Shown piece by piece: positions 10,106 through 19,851 of a DNA stretch of 64,000 nucleotides. The translations under genes and the position numbers were made by a program. The first letter of the stretch is position 1. Each line of letters begins with the position of its first letter. Under the pieces are notes generated by a model. The model ran no database searches. It saw only the letters and a list, made by a program, of their open reading frames with translations, and was not told the origin of the DNA. Source of the DNA: a virus (Duplodnaviria > Caudoviricetes). The DNA lies in the IMG/VR virus record IMGVR_UViG_3300025133_009061, positions 8,643 through 72,642 of that record, one strand, 5' to 3'.

Positions 10106-11445
10106 TATCCTTGACCCACTTTTCTAGCGGCAGGAAAACCTCCAAAAGGAAGTTTGCCCCGAGTTATAGCACAACTTTGCTCGCCATTTTTATTATTTTC
10201 GACGCCCCCCTGAGAGTAAAGACCCCATCTTAATCGACATCCCGTAAGGGTTTTAGAACATTCATCCGCGACCCAGTAGTCGGTGTTAGGAGGGGGATTT
10301 TTTTTGTTTTCGGCCTTTGTAATATCACGTCTCGCAACATAGTAATATTTAATGTCGTCTTTATATAAAAAAACAGACACTCCTTTATAGTAGGCGTAAT
10401 AATTCTCATCGCCTTCCCCTCCATTAGTAACAACTTTCTTCTCGGTATTAGCGTCGACGCTCCACAGGGAAAGCCCCCCCTGAAGGGAGCCTCCTATAAT
10501 TTCTGTTATTTTTTCATCATTATCGTCCGCCACAGGAGGAGCTACGGTGGGGAGACCTACTCCTGTACCGCTATTTTCTTTAAGTTTTCCAATGGTCTTT
10601 GCCGTGGGAAGCTTTTTAAGTCCGGCTTTTCTCAAAACGGGAACGTTTTGTCCGTCGTCGTATTCCCCTGTGACAGGGTCCCTAGTCGGATTGATTTCAG
10701 GTTTATCAGCGTGTTGATACCAGCATCCGCAGCCTCGGTATTGCCACATGCATTTATCAGAGACAATCATCCGTTTGGGAAGCTTTATGCCTTCTAGATC
10801 GAAAATTGAAGAAAGTTGGTACTTTAGAGTACTTTTATTTTCTGCTATTTTTCTTTCTATATAATAAACCTCGGTAGGAAGTTCTGCGTACGGGTCCGGT
10901 TCGTATCCTACTGGTAACTGTTGTCCGATTGAGGGTTTATCACGGAATTGTCGCGGAACGAAGTTCCTCATATCCAAATATTTGGCGAAGGTTCGTCTTC
11001 TTGTAACTTTAGCGCCAATTATATCCCCAAATTTTCTAATTTCGTGTTTAAGTAGAGCTAGTTGGTCTGATCCTGTTTCGGATTGACTGGAGATTGATAG
11101 GGTTGGTTGGGGGAGGGTTCCCTTACTACTCGTTTCAAATCCTTCGGTTAGGATAGGGGCTGGATAATAGGTGTTATTTTGCCAAAGCACATAGGAGTTG
11201 ATGATTTTTATATTGTTATGGAATCTTAAGACGGAATCTTTAAGGTTTTTATTGAGGCCTATTTCTTTAGCTTGAGAGCTTAGGTTTTCGATGTGTCGAG
11301 TGGTTAGTAATTGTTGCAAGTCTATCTCTACCAAGGTAATTAAAGCTGATGGAGTAAGATTAGTTAGTTCAAAATTAAGAGATTTAATTGAACTTTCAGC
11401 AATCGCTTTAGTCGGAGGATCTAGTTGTCCATTGATATAGGGCAT
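10105..11445 (-). CDS. Minor tail protein L (lambda gpL-like)
   Basis: CMWQYRGCGC, DECSKTLTGCRLRW, LPFGGFPAA. Confidence 0.9.
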   Translation of the reverse strand: MPYINGQLDPPTKAIAESSIKSLNFELTNLTPSALITLVEIDLQQLLTTRHIENLSSQAKEIGLNKNLKDSVLRFHNNIKIINSYVLWQNNTYYPAPILTEGFETSSKGTLPQPTLSISSQSETGSDQLALLKHEIRKFGDIIGAKVTRRRTFAKYLDMRNFVPRQFRDKPSIGQQLPVGYEPDPYAELPTEVYYIERKIAENKSTLKYQLSSIFDLEGIKLPKRMIVSDKCMWQYRGCGCWYQHADKPEINPTRDPVTGEYDDGQNVPVLRKAGLKKLPTAKTIGKLKENSGTGVGLPTVAPPVADDNDEKITEIIGGSLQGGLSLWSVDANTEKKVVTNGGEGDENYYAYYKGVSVFLYKDDIKYYYVARRDITKAENKKNPPPNTDYWVADECSKTLTGCRLRWGLYSQGGVENNKNGEQSCAITRGKLPFGGFPAARKVGQG

Positions 11446-11447
11446 TT

Positions 11448-12044
11448 TTAATTATTCTTTTCTAAGAAGGTGGCTTTCACTGTATAGTTATCAAAAAAAG
11501 TAAAAGTACTGTTAAAACTAGAACACACAAAGAGTTTCCTGAAACCTACGTCTGCATATATAGGAGGCAGGTGTTTTATCCCAAAAGATTCAGCCCCTCT
11601 TCTTGCCCGTAAAAATTGGATAATGGCCCTTGCTTCTTTTTCGGTTCTCATTTCAAATGTTGCGGAGAAGTTAATCAATCCGTTATAGATACCATCTTGA
11701 GTACGTTGTTCGTATCCGTTTCCAAAAGCAACCGTAATGACTCGTGGAGCGTGTTCTACCGTTGCGTTATAGGAGGGTTTCCATAAGAATTGAGGTCTAA
11801 CGGTACGCCCCCCAGCTCGAGCGTTACCTCCCCAAAATTCATTATTTAATTTCGGCCTTCCGGAGGAAGTAAAGGGAGATTCACCGGTAGAGGTTTTTAG
11901 GGCGTAGTAATAGTTTATTTCTTTGGGGATTCCTCTAGTGCTAGTGCCTCCCCCAATATAGATCGGAGACTGTACGATATCGTTTTTGTTATACTCTACC
12001 GTAGTGCTAAACTCGTCGATTTTATAAATACTATTTATAGCCAT
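11448..12044 (-). CDS. Minor tail protein M (lambda gpM-like)
   Basis: PRVITVAFGNGYEQRTQDG, IIQFLRARRGAESF; lies upstream of L. Confidence 0.85.
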   Translation of the reverse strand: MAINSIYKIDEFSTTVEYNKNDIVQSPIYIGGGTSTRGIPKEINYYYALKTSTGESPFTSSGRPKLNNEFWGGNARAGGRTVRPQFLWKPSYNATVEHAPRVITVAFGNGYEQRTQDGIYNGLINFSATFEMRTEKEARAIIQFLRARRGAESFGIKHLPPIYADVGFRKLFVCSSFNSTFTFFDNYTVKATFLEKNN

Positions 12045-12070
12045 TTTCCCTTAAACCTTTATTTATTATA

Positions 12071-12092
12071 TTACACGCAAAAAGTAGTGTAA
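12071..12092. promoter_or_regulatory. Divergent pair of GTGTAA motifs (putative bidirectional late promoter)
   Basis: TTACAC 12071-12076 (- strand GTGTAA) and GTGTAA 12087-12092 in the 63-bp gap between divergent tail operons. Confidence 0.55.
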
Positions 12093-12107
12093 AATAAAGA
12101 TAAGGTA

Positions 12108-12938
12108 ATGTTAGGAAGAATCAGGAGAGATGCGGAAAGTATCACCATTAACGGGAGTGGGATACAAGGGGTTCAGTCTATATCCGCCAACTATTCCTCC
12201 GTTGCTCAACCCCTTAGGAATTTGGGTATAAATAGTATAAAATATGCCCCTGAAGGCCCTCAAACAGCAACTTTGGATGTAAGCAATCTCCTCATTAATA
12301 CTCTTTCTCCCGCGGCTCCAGCTACCTCTACCGAATTAATGCAAAACTTCACTGGTGACATCGCTTTTAGTGGCGTAGTTAACCACGGAACCAAAAATTT
12401 TATTTTTACAGAGGGTTACATGGAAACTTATTCAGTAAGCTGTGCCATAGGGGAAATTCCCAGTGTTTCTACCAGTTCTGTAATTTATGGGGAATTCGGG
12501 ACGGGAACGTTGGCTAATGTGCCGACAGATAGCTACCCAAGCGTCGTAAATATTCCCAGTTATAGCTCTATGGAGATCAATTTAGATACTTTCAACACTA
12601 ATCGCGTTAGTTCTTTCAATGTGGCCATAGCTACCCCTCGACTACCTTTGTATGCCGTGGGCAACGACGTACCTACAGGGGTTATAGCTGGAACTCCCGT
12701 GGAAGTTAATGTTAATTTTACTATTGAGCCTGATGACTATGAAATAAAAAACATGAGATTTGTTCCGGATCAGACAGTTTTTGAGAATACGGTAATAACT
12801 TTGAAAAAAAACAACTCTGATGCTACATTATTAACATATTCTTTTAATGACATGCTTTTAACGTCAGAATCTTTTCAAGGGGGTGTAGATTCCAACGCCC
12901 AAGTTAATTTTAATTTAAGATCATTCATTTTGAGGTAA
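12108..12938 (+). CDS. Tail tube-like structural protein (paralog 1)
   Basis: Ser/Thr/Asn-rich beta-type sequence; two internal repeats with QPLRNLG / PLYAVG and GYMETYSVS motifs shared with the next two ORFs. Confidence 0.55.
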   Translation: MLGRIRRDAESITINGSGIQGVQSISANYSSVAQPLRNLGINSIKYAPEGPQTATLDVSNLLINTLSPAAPATSTELMQNFTGDIAFSGVVNHGTKNFIFTEGYMETYSVSCAIGEIPSVSTSSVIYGEFGTGTLANVPTDSYPSVVNIPSYSSMEINLDTFNTNRVSSFNVAIATPRLPLYAVGNDVPTGVIAGTPVEVNVNFTIEPDDYEIKNMRFVPDQTVFENTVITLKKNNSDATLLTYSFNDMLLTSESFQGGVDSNAQVNFNLRSFILR

Positions 12939-12967
12939 AAATGTGTAATACTTGTAAATAAAAGGTT

Positions 12968-13852
12968 ATGGCAACGGTATTTTACGATAAGGCAGCGGTA
13001 AGCGTCGATTTTAACGGCGCTGGTGAAACTCTTTTAGCTTCTGATTTTACTGTCAATTATTCAACTTCGGCGCAACCTTTGTACGCGATAGGCAACAAAG
13101 GTGCTTTGGGTCAGTTTCCGTCGTCGGCGCGGGTTGGAGATGTTTCTTTTAATTTTATTACCTCTCTAACTGGTCAGAATTATGGTCAAAAGGGAAACAT
13201 TATTAACTTTTTAGCTAGCGGGATAAAACATTCCGTGGGGTCAACGGCTTCCGGAGTTACAATTAGCGGAGCAGGGGTTAAGGGAATCGGATTTTTGAAT
13301 TCTTACAGCTTTAACGTGGCCAGTAATTCCGTCTCCACTTCTAGCGCGAGTTTTACTTTTTTTGGTCACGATAATGAGCTTCCGATGAGTGGAAGATTAG
13401 CTGATTCTACCGCTACCGTGGGGCTCGGTACTACCTCCGGTGGTTCTTTGGCAACCGGGATAGCTCACGGTAGGTATACGCCTCTAACGACCTTAAAGAC
13501 TACAATAAATCCCGGAGGGGGCGACGCGCAAGTTGGAACAGTTTTTGGTGCTGACTACTCAATTTCTCTTAATCATAATCCAATTTATAAAGTGGGGCAG
13601 GAGTTTCCTACTACCTCTCTTTATACCACCGCTCAGGAATCTATCAATGTAACAGAAGATATTTTCCAATCTGGGTTGGCGTTTGACGAAACTGCAAGTG
13701 ATTATACCATTGATCTGCATGGTCTCGACAACGCCTCCACCAATGATAAAATGCAATTAAAAATGATCTCTGGTAAACAGGTCTCTACTTCGATGAGCGC
13801 AGGTTTGGACGATATAGTAAGAAGCCAAAAAACTTTAACCGCCTCATATTAA
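12968..13852 (+). CDS. Tail tube-like structural protein (paralog 2)
   Basis: QPLYAIG, GFLNSYSFN and NPIYKVG motifs; preceded by GTGTAA at 12943. Confidence 0.55.
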   Translation: MATVFYDKAAVSVDFNGAGETLLASDFTVNYSTSAQPLYAIGNKGALGQFPSSARVGDVSFNFITSLTGQNYGQKGNIINFLASGIKHSVGSTASGVTISGAGVKGIGFLNSYSFNVASNSVSTSSASFTFFGHDNELPMSGRLADSTATVGLGTTSGGSLATGIAHGRYTPLTTLKTTINPGGGDAQVGTVFGADYSISLNHNPIYKVGQEFPTTSLYTTAQESINVTEDIFQSGLAFDETASDYTIDLHGLDNASTNDKMQLKMISGKQVSTSMSAGLDDIVRSQKTLTASY

Positions 13853-13853
13853 T

Positions 13854-14756
13854 GTGTTCTATACTGCCAATAACGCCAAACTTAAAATTGATGGAAATGA
13901 AATCATTGCCGCCAACGCTTCTATATCGCTAAGCGCGTCTCTTCAACCCAAGTATGATTATGACCAACGAAACACTAGGGATTTTGTCGCTAACAAGGGC
14001 ATAGGTGGAACCTTAAGCTTTAGTTACTACTTGACGGGAGAAGATTATTTTAAACAATTTATTAGCGGTCAAGGGGAGCCGGTAGGAGTTCAGGCAGCGG
14101 GCTCTGTAACTTATGGGAATCCTATTTCCGGAAACTTTGGGGGACTTAATTTTGAAAGTGGTTACTTAAGTTCTTATTCCGTTAACTTTTCACCTAACGC
14201 GCCGGTTGTAGCCAACGCAACCGTTTCTTTCTTTGATGACTTAAGTACTCATAGTGATTTCACCCCCACAGAAACGGCTGCTCCTGATATTGATACCGTT
14301 TTAAATTGTCGTAATGCTAGGGTTATCACCGGAAATCATGGTTGGGATCCAGAAAGTCAGACGGAGAATATAGATAATTTTATAGCTGGGACTTACAACT
14401 ATGCGATAGAAATAAACCCGGTTTACTTAATGGGTGAAACAAAACCCAGCGCTGTAAGTTACGGGGTTCAAAGCGTGAACATGAATTTTGAGCTGGACAA
14501 CCCAACGGGATTTTTGCCGTTCAGTGGGTGCGATGCTATGGTATCTGTTCAAATGAAAAGTAGGATAACTGACGTCTATAACGCGGAAACTTTTACCTGT
14601 TCCGGAATCATTAATCAACGGAGTTTAGCCTCCTCTCCAAACGATTATATCAAGCATACAATAAATATAACCGAAAATGACGTCTCAGAATTTAACACAG
14701 CTCCAAAAAAGGTGATAGACAACGCAGGAGGGTCGGTGGGTATAGGAAGCTCATAA
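13854..14756 (+). CDS. Tail tube-like structural protein (paralog 3)
   Basis: QPKYDY, GYLSSYSVN and NPVYLMG motifs. Confidence 0.55.
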   Translation: MFYTANNAKLKIDGNEIIAANASISLSASLQPKYDYDQRNTRDFVANKGIGGTLSFSYYLTGEDYFKQFISGQGEPVGVQAAGSVTYGNPISGNFGGLNFESGYLSSYSVNFSPNAPVVANATVSFFDDLSTHSDFTPTETAAPDIDTVLNCRNARVITGNHGWDPESQTENIDNFIAGTYNYAIEINPVYLMGETKPSAVSYGVQSVNMNFELDNPTGFLPFSGCDAMVSVQMKSRITDVYNAETFTCSGIINQRSLASSPNDYIKHTINITENDVSEFNTAPKKVIDNAGGSVGIGSS

Positions 14757-14774
14757 ACAGGATGATAAATTAAA

Positions 14775-17700
14775 ATGCCAGCAACTTTTTATCCAAAGAA
14801 GAGATTTCAAATTAGTGGAGAGAACGTTAATTTTATTCCGGAAATATCATTTGGTGGTGACCCCGTAGAGAACTTGGTTTACGATGGAACTACGGGAATT
14901 TCAGGGGTAGTCCCACCCGGTGCCGTAACGGCGGATCTTTTGATAAATAACGGGCTCGGGTTGGCTCCGTACGGGGTGTTGCAGGTTGTTTTAGACTCAG
15001 AGAGTCAGGTAGTGGGTGGTTATCTGGAAGACGATACCGTTAGCGGAAAAGCTGGGGAATTAATCAATATTACTGGAGAAAACTTTTACCACATTACAGA
15101 TGTGAAGTTCGGGGAAACGGAAAGTACCTTTACTGTAGATTCAGATACAGAAATAAACGTTATCGTTCCAACCAATGCTGGTTACGGGGGGATAACGGTT
15201 TTTTCTTCCGAAAGAACGGGGCTAGCGGGAAGCATAACGGAAGCTAGTGGTATTTCTCCTAATTCTTTTGTTCCTATCGCGAACGTAACAGGGCTAAGTT
15301 CTGGAACTTTGTCATCGGGAGAGACCCTAACTATACAGGGAGAGTCTTTAAGCGCGGTGACGGGCGTCTCCTTTCCTCGAATGGAATCTCATCCGGCCGC
15401 TATTTCAGTTTCTGACGTCACTTCTACGTCATTGAATCTTATAATTCCCAGCGGTAGGGTTCAGGGGGCTCCTACAATGCATATGAGAAGCGGCATAAGT
15501 ACAGAAGCTCTTTCTACGATTTCCTTTTCTCAAGCGGCTCAAATCAAGTCTAATATTAATTATACCGGACATACAGGGGCAAATCTGAATGTTTATGGTT
15601 GGGATTTTACCACCGGAACCCTTCACCCTATAGGGGAAATACCGGGCTCTTCTCCGAGTAGGAGCGGTTATTTGGTTCGAATAGGAGAAGAAACAGGCAT
15701 GTTTGACTTGGATCCCGCTTACGTGTCTAACGTTTTTGTGGGGTTGCAGCGTTTGTCCGGCGTGATCCCTTCTGGGATACCGGTTGAGGTGAATAGCGGT
15801 GTGGTGGGGGTCGGTACTAATATAAGCTCTCTCATAAAAAGGATACCCATAAGTATTTACAGCGATAACTATCCCACCACGTACCAAAGCACAGGATCGT
15901 TTAGACCTGTTCCGGATTCCCCCACTATACTTTCTGTTACGCCCTCGTCAGGTATATCGGGAGACGCGGTAGTTATTGAAGGAACAGATTTATACAATAT
16001 AACCGGGGTACTTTTTACCGGTTACCCTAGCGCTGGTAATGTAGGTTTGGGTCAAAATTTACCTATTTTGGAAGTTAGTCACGTTTCCTCTTTAGGGAAC
16101 CAGATTGAGGTTAGTGTGCCGGACGACGTAGAAGTCTCTATTCCCGAAACTAATTATGGTATTATTGCGTCTGGAGCTTTCGGAGAGGCCTCGTTTGGTT
16201 TGGTTTCTGACATCCCTACGGGTTTTGTAGCGCTGGGAAAACCTAAAATAAACGAGGGTTACCCTCAGCCTGACGGGGTAGGGGTAGAAGAATTAGTGTT
16301 ACCTAATAGTACTGGGATTATAGAAGGGAGCGGTATTTATTCCGGAACCAGCGTGCTCTTATACAAGGGTAGCGTTGCTAATGAAGCTAACCTACTGGGA
16401 GAACTGCCTTCCAGTGGTTACAGTACGACAGGGGGAAATAATGTAGTGGAGTTTACTTATCCTAATGCTTTTGATTTTTTACCACCAGACTTTAAAATAA
16501 GGCTAAAAAACGATAGGAGCTATTCGCTTAATTCCAAAACGATTCAAGCTTTCAGAAGGCCGATTATCAGCGGGTTCACTCCATTAAGCGGTGTCTATGG
16601 GGATAACATTACGTTGACGGGATATTTCGGTACTCCCGGAACCGGGGCGGGCGAGGTGGAGGGACCAATAGTTCCCAGTGGGGTGAGCGTTGGCCAAGTG
16701 AAGGTTTCCGAAGGTGATTTTAATCTTCTTAGCGAAAATCTTATTATATTTAAGATCCCCGATAATGCCGCCAGTAATATAGTTAACGTCGTAACCAGTG
16801 GGGGCAGCTCCTCAAGCAACCAAGTGTTAACAGTTTTTCCTCCGAAGCCTTATATTAGCGGATATTACCCCGGCGAAGGAGACAAGCCTTATATTACGGG
16901 AGTAGGTAATACGGGTTTTGCGGAAGATCAAGTATTTGGAAAGGGGAACCTTATGACAATCACTGGTTCAAGGATGAATCTCCTTACAGGAGTTTTGTTT
17001 TCGGGAACGGATGGCACTATTGGGGTTAATTCATTTGTTCAGAAGAGTAATTCCAAAGCGGTTGTCCATATTCCTACAAATATCAACCCTGAAAGCGGAC
17101 ATTTTATACTAAAAGATTTCGAAAACAGATCTAACGATAATGCTGTTTCCAGCGTGTATGCAAACAAGTTTCCGGTTCCATTGAATATCGCCACCGTATC
17201 GGGCCTTTCGGGTCTGTTGTTGCCTGATCCTACAACTCAGTCTACCTTGCAGCGTTTTGGATTGAGTGGACAAAATATTTCGGGGTTGGTCCCAAGTTTC
17301 CCGACTCCTACTGGAGACTTTACAAATCTGGAAACGCAGGGTTTCAGTAACCCTGTCACTTATTACGTTGACTCTAATGGAGTAGAGACTCTTACAGCAA
17401 AGGTTCCGAGGGGGATAACAAATGGATCGGTACGTCTTTCGGGATTAGGAAACTCCTTTGTTTTAGATACTAGTGAATCCTTTCTTCCCTTGGCTGCAGC
17501 GAGTACCATAACTCCGGGGCTTCCGAATCTGACGCTAGCAACTGGAACCAACATGCTTATAACCGGTTACAACTCTTACAATAGCACGGCTCAAAGCGGG
17601 TCTCGGTTGGTGGGTATTACTGGCACAGGCAATAAGGATAATACGGCTCAAGTTTATTTTTACCCAATAAACACCTACAGTTCGGGGTTAATGGGTAGTA

Positions 17701-18329
17701 CCTCTATATGTAAGGATTCCATTACTTTTCAGCTAGATAGTGGCTTTATTGGGACAGGACGCTTCTTTATCGTAAACCCGTGGGAAGACTTTGGTGACAT
17801 CGAGAGTGAGTTTCCCGATTCTTTAAGCGCTTCCGGCGACACCTTGAATAATCAAATAGCTTCTTATCCTTTTGAGTACGTTCTTCAGGGGACTAGGGTT
17901 GATGTTACGGGTTACACTCCAGCGAGGGGAGTCACGGGGGATAACGTTACCATATCGGGAGAAGGTTTTACTCCTGTTACTGGAGTATTCTTCAAAATTC
18001 CTAACGGTCCTCTTTTGGAGGCCGACTTTACATTAAACTCGGACACTCAAATAACCGCGACGATTCCCCCAGAGGGGATAGAAGCTCGGGGTATGACTGA
18101 TATTATTATTTCTGGAGGGACTAATGATACGGTAGCGGATTTTGAAGTATTGTTGGACGCATCTACGGTTAAGTTTAACATTTTGTCAGAAGGAGATGTT
18201 CCTGTTGATATTACTCGAACTTCTCAATTCTCGATCGAAGAAACGCACGATGGGGTCATCTATATCGTCACTAAAACCCGATACCCCGACGGAACAACCG
18301 CGATTACAAGTAGTGTTCCCAAACTCTAA
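14775..18329 (+). CDS. IPT/TIG (Ig-like) repeat virion protein
   Basis: At least 7 repeats of the type P.SG..G..V.I.G..(F/L)..(I/V)T.V.F, e.g. INITGENFYHITDVKFG, VVIEGTDLYNITGVLF, VTISGEGFTPVTGVFF. Confidence 0.75.
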   Translation: MPATFYPKKRFQISGENVNFIPEISFGGDPVENLVYDGTTGISGVVPPGAVTADLLINNGLGLAPYGVLQVVLDSESQVVGGYLEDDTVSGKAGELINITGENFYHITDVKFGETESTFTVDSDTEINVIVPTNAGYGGITVFSSERTGLAGSITEASGISPNSFVPIANVTGLSSGTLSSGETLTIQGESLSAVTGVSFPRMESHPAAISVSDVTSTSLNLIIPSGRVQGAPTMHMRSGISTEALSTISFSQAAQIKSNINYTGHTGANLNVYGWDFTTGTLHPIGEIPGSSPSRSGYLVRIGEETGMFDLDPAYVSNVFVGLQRLSGVIPSGIPVEVNSGVVGVGTNISSLIKRIPISIYSDNYPTTYQSTGSFRPVPDSPTILSVTPSSGISGDAVVIEGTDLYNITGVLFTGYPSAGNVGLGQNLPILEVSHVSSLGNQIEVSVPDDVEVSIPETNYGIIASGAFGEASFGLVSDIPTGFVALGKPKINEGYPQPDGVGVEELVLPNSTGIIEGSGIYSGTSVLLYKGSVANEANLLGELPSSGYSTTGGNNVVEFTYPNAFDFLPPDFKIRLKNDRSYSLNSKTIQAFRRPIISGFTPLSGVYGDNITLTGYFGTPGTGAGEVEGPIVPSGVSVGQVKVSEGDFNLLSENLIIFKIPDNAASNIVNVVTSGGSSSSNQVLTVFPPKPYISGYYPGEGDKPYITGVGNTGFAEDQVFGKGNLMTITGSRMNLLTGVLFSGTDGTIGVNSFVQKSNSKAVVHIPTNINPESGHFILKDFENRSNDNAVSSVYANKFPVPLNIATVSGLSGLLLPDPTTQSTLQRFGLSGQNISGLVPSFPTPTGDFTNLETQGFSNPVTYYVDSNGVETLTAKVPRGITNGSVRLSGLGNSFVLDTSESFLPLAAASTITPGLPNLTLATGTNMLITGYNSYNSTAQSGSRLVGITGTGNKDNTAQVYFYPINTYSSGLMGSTSICKDSITFQLDSGFIGTGRFFIVNPWEDFGDIESEFPDSLSASGDTLNNQIASYPFEYVLQGTRVDVTGYTPARGVTGDNVTISGEGFTPVTGVFFKIPNGPLLEADFTLNSDTQITATIPPEGIEARGMTDIIISGGTNDTVADFEVLLDASTVKFNILSEGDVPVDITRTSQFSIEETHDGVIYIVTKTRYPDGTTAITSSVPKL

Positions 18330-18538
18330 AGGTCGGCTTCTCCTATATCTATGAAATAAAGTAGCCTCAGTAACTTTTCCCTTCCCACTTTTTCGTCTAT
18401 GAGCCGTATAGGCAGTTCCATGTTAAGATTGGGGTTAGGAGTGGTTAGCCAGTCACCTACATAGTCATCGTCCATTACCGAACAACACTCATTAACGAGA
18501 TTTACGAATTCGATTAAGTTTTCCTTTTTAATTTCCAT
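18326..18538 (-). CDS. Xre/MbcA/ParS-type antitoxin C-terminal domain protein (DUF2384-like)
   Basis: VGDWLTTPNPNLNMELPIRLIDEKVGREKLLRLL matches the W(L)..PN..L.g..P..L...G...v..lL pattern; start moved to ATG 18538. Confidence 0.7.
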   Translation of the reverse strand: MEIKKENLIEFVNLVNECCSVMDDDYVGDWLTTPNPNLNMELPIRLIDEKVGREKLLRLLYFIDIGEADL

Positions 18539-19175
18539 ACTGGGTATATTTAGCGTTGAAGGGGATAGATATCCTGAGAGAGTCGGTAGGGTTAGGGTCG
18601 ACATAGTGGGTGAGCCAAGAAGGAAAGATAACTATTTTTCCCTCCTTTATTTTATAAGTAAATAAACTGGTATCATAAGGATTGTCTGAACGGTACCAGT
18701 TTTCATTTTCCTTACTCTGGGGGTTAGGGGATGAGAATCTATGTTGCGAGCGAGGGTCTAAAAAATGAACAAGCCCAGAGTTTTCGGGGAAGCTTGCATA
18801 ATAACAGCCTGAATAATCGTTTCCCGGATGGATGTGAGGAGGGTTGAAGTTTCCTTTCTGATTGACGTTTAGCCATGGGTCGAACCGCTCCCATTCTCCC
18901 TCATCCCAATCGTGAATTTTTTCTACCTTTTTTAGAAGCTTAAAAGTTTGAGTTTTAAAGAAAGAAAAAAGACTTTTTTCTTCGTCAAAATTTAATTCAT
19001 CTCCCCCGTAAGAACTTAGAGAAGGGTTCCCCGATTGTTGGATGTGCTCTTGAGCTTTAGGGGAAGAGATAAACTCCATAACTTGGGGTTTAAACTGCTC
19101 ATGGTATGGGAAATCGAATTCCCACACGTCAGTGATAAAGAGGTCGTGCTTTATCGTTCCCTGCTCTTTCTCCAT
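18528..19175 (-). CDS. Putative 2OG-Fe(II) oxygenase (TIGR02466-like)
   Basis: WLNVNQKGNFNPPHIHP..YSGCYY, VIFPSWLTHYV, RISIPFN (HxH...H...R). Confidence 0.85.
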   Translation of the reverse strand: MEKEQGTIKHDLFITDVWEFDFPYHEQFKPQVMEFISSPKAQEHIQQSGNPSLSSYGGDELNFDEEKSLFSFFKTQTFKLLKKVEKIHDWDEGEWERFDPWLNVNQKGNFNPPHIHPGNDYSGCYYASFPENSGLVHFLDPRSQHRFSSPNPQSKENENWYRSDNPYDTSLFTYKIKEGKIVIFPSWLTHYVDPNPTDSLRISIPFNAKYTQYGN

Positions 19176-19849
19176 TCGTCGTATTGTCTTCGGCGTTCGT
19201 TTTGGTCAATGTCCGACTTAATTTGATGTTGTCCAGACTGAAGGGACTCCATTCTTTTTAAAAGGTAATCTCTCTTTTCCCCTTCTTCCATTCTACTCAA
19301 GTATTCTAACCCCTTTTCAATAATTCTTGGGTCTACTTGAGACCTCCGAGAGGGAACGGTTACGACCTGCGCCTTAATAGAAGGGGAGCTTTTCTTTTCT
19401 TCTTTTTTAACTTCTTTTTTATCGCGCGGGTAACGGCTTGAGGAAGAGGTCTTTTTAACGACAGGTGCTTTTGTCACAATAGTCGGAAGACCGTTAGTTT
19501 CAAAGCTTAGGAGTTTGTTGTTACCGTTAGTTTCTATGAGGACAGAATCTTCAAGCACCTTCTTAAGTTCTATATTGTATTGTTTTTCGTTTATTCCGAG
19601 AGAGACAAATTTATCGGACTCTCCAGCTTTCCTAAGTACGAGATGAACCTTATTAGTACCCTTCCATCGAGTGATTCCGGTAAGAAAGACGTTCGGAGCT
19701 AAAATTCCGCTGACGGGAGGTAATATTGCAATTGGTTTTTCGCTTGTCAATTCGAAAGCATTTCTTTTGGCTATGCTTGAGTATGTATTATCGGCCCCAT
19801 GAAGAGACACCGCAAAAAGGAAAAAGATTACAAGGTTTTTCATATACAT
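19151..19849 (-). CDS. Secreted hypothetical protein
   Basis: Signal peptide (MKNLVIFFLFAVSLHG), IAKRNAF, FLTGIT, Lys-rich linker and helical tail. Confidence 0.6.
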   Translation of the reverse strand: MYMKNLVIFFLFAVSLHGADNTYSSIAKRNAFELTSEKPIAILPPVSGILAPNVFLTGITRWKGTNKVHLVLRKAGESDKFVSLGINEKQYNIELKKVLEDSVLIETNGNNKLLSFETNGLPTIVTKAPVVKKTSSSSRYPRDKKEVKKEEKKSSPSIKAQVVTVPSRRSQVDPRIIEKGLEYLSRMEEGEKRDYLLKRMESLQSGQHQIKSDIDQNERRRQYDEWRKSRER

Positions 19850-19851
19850 CT

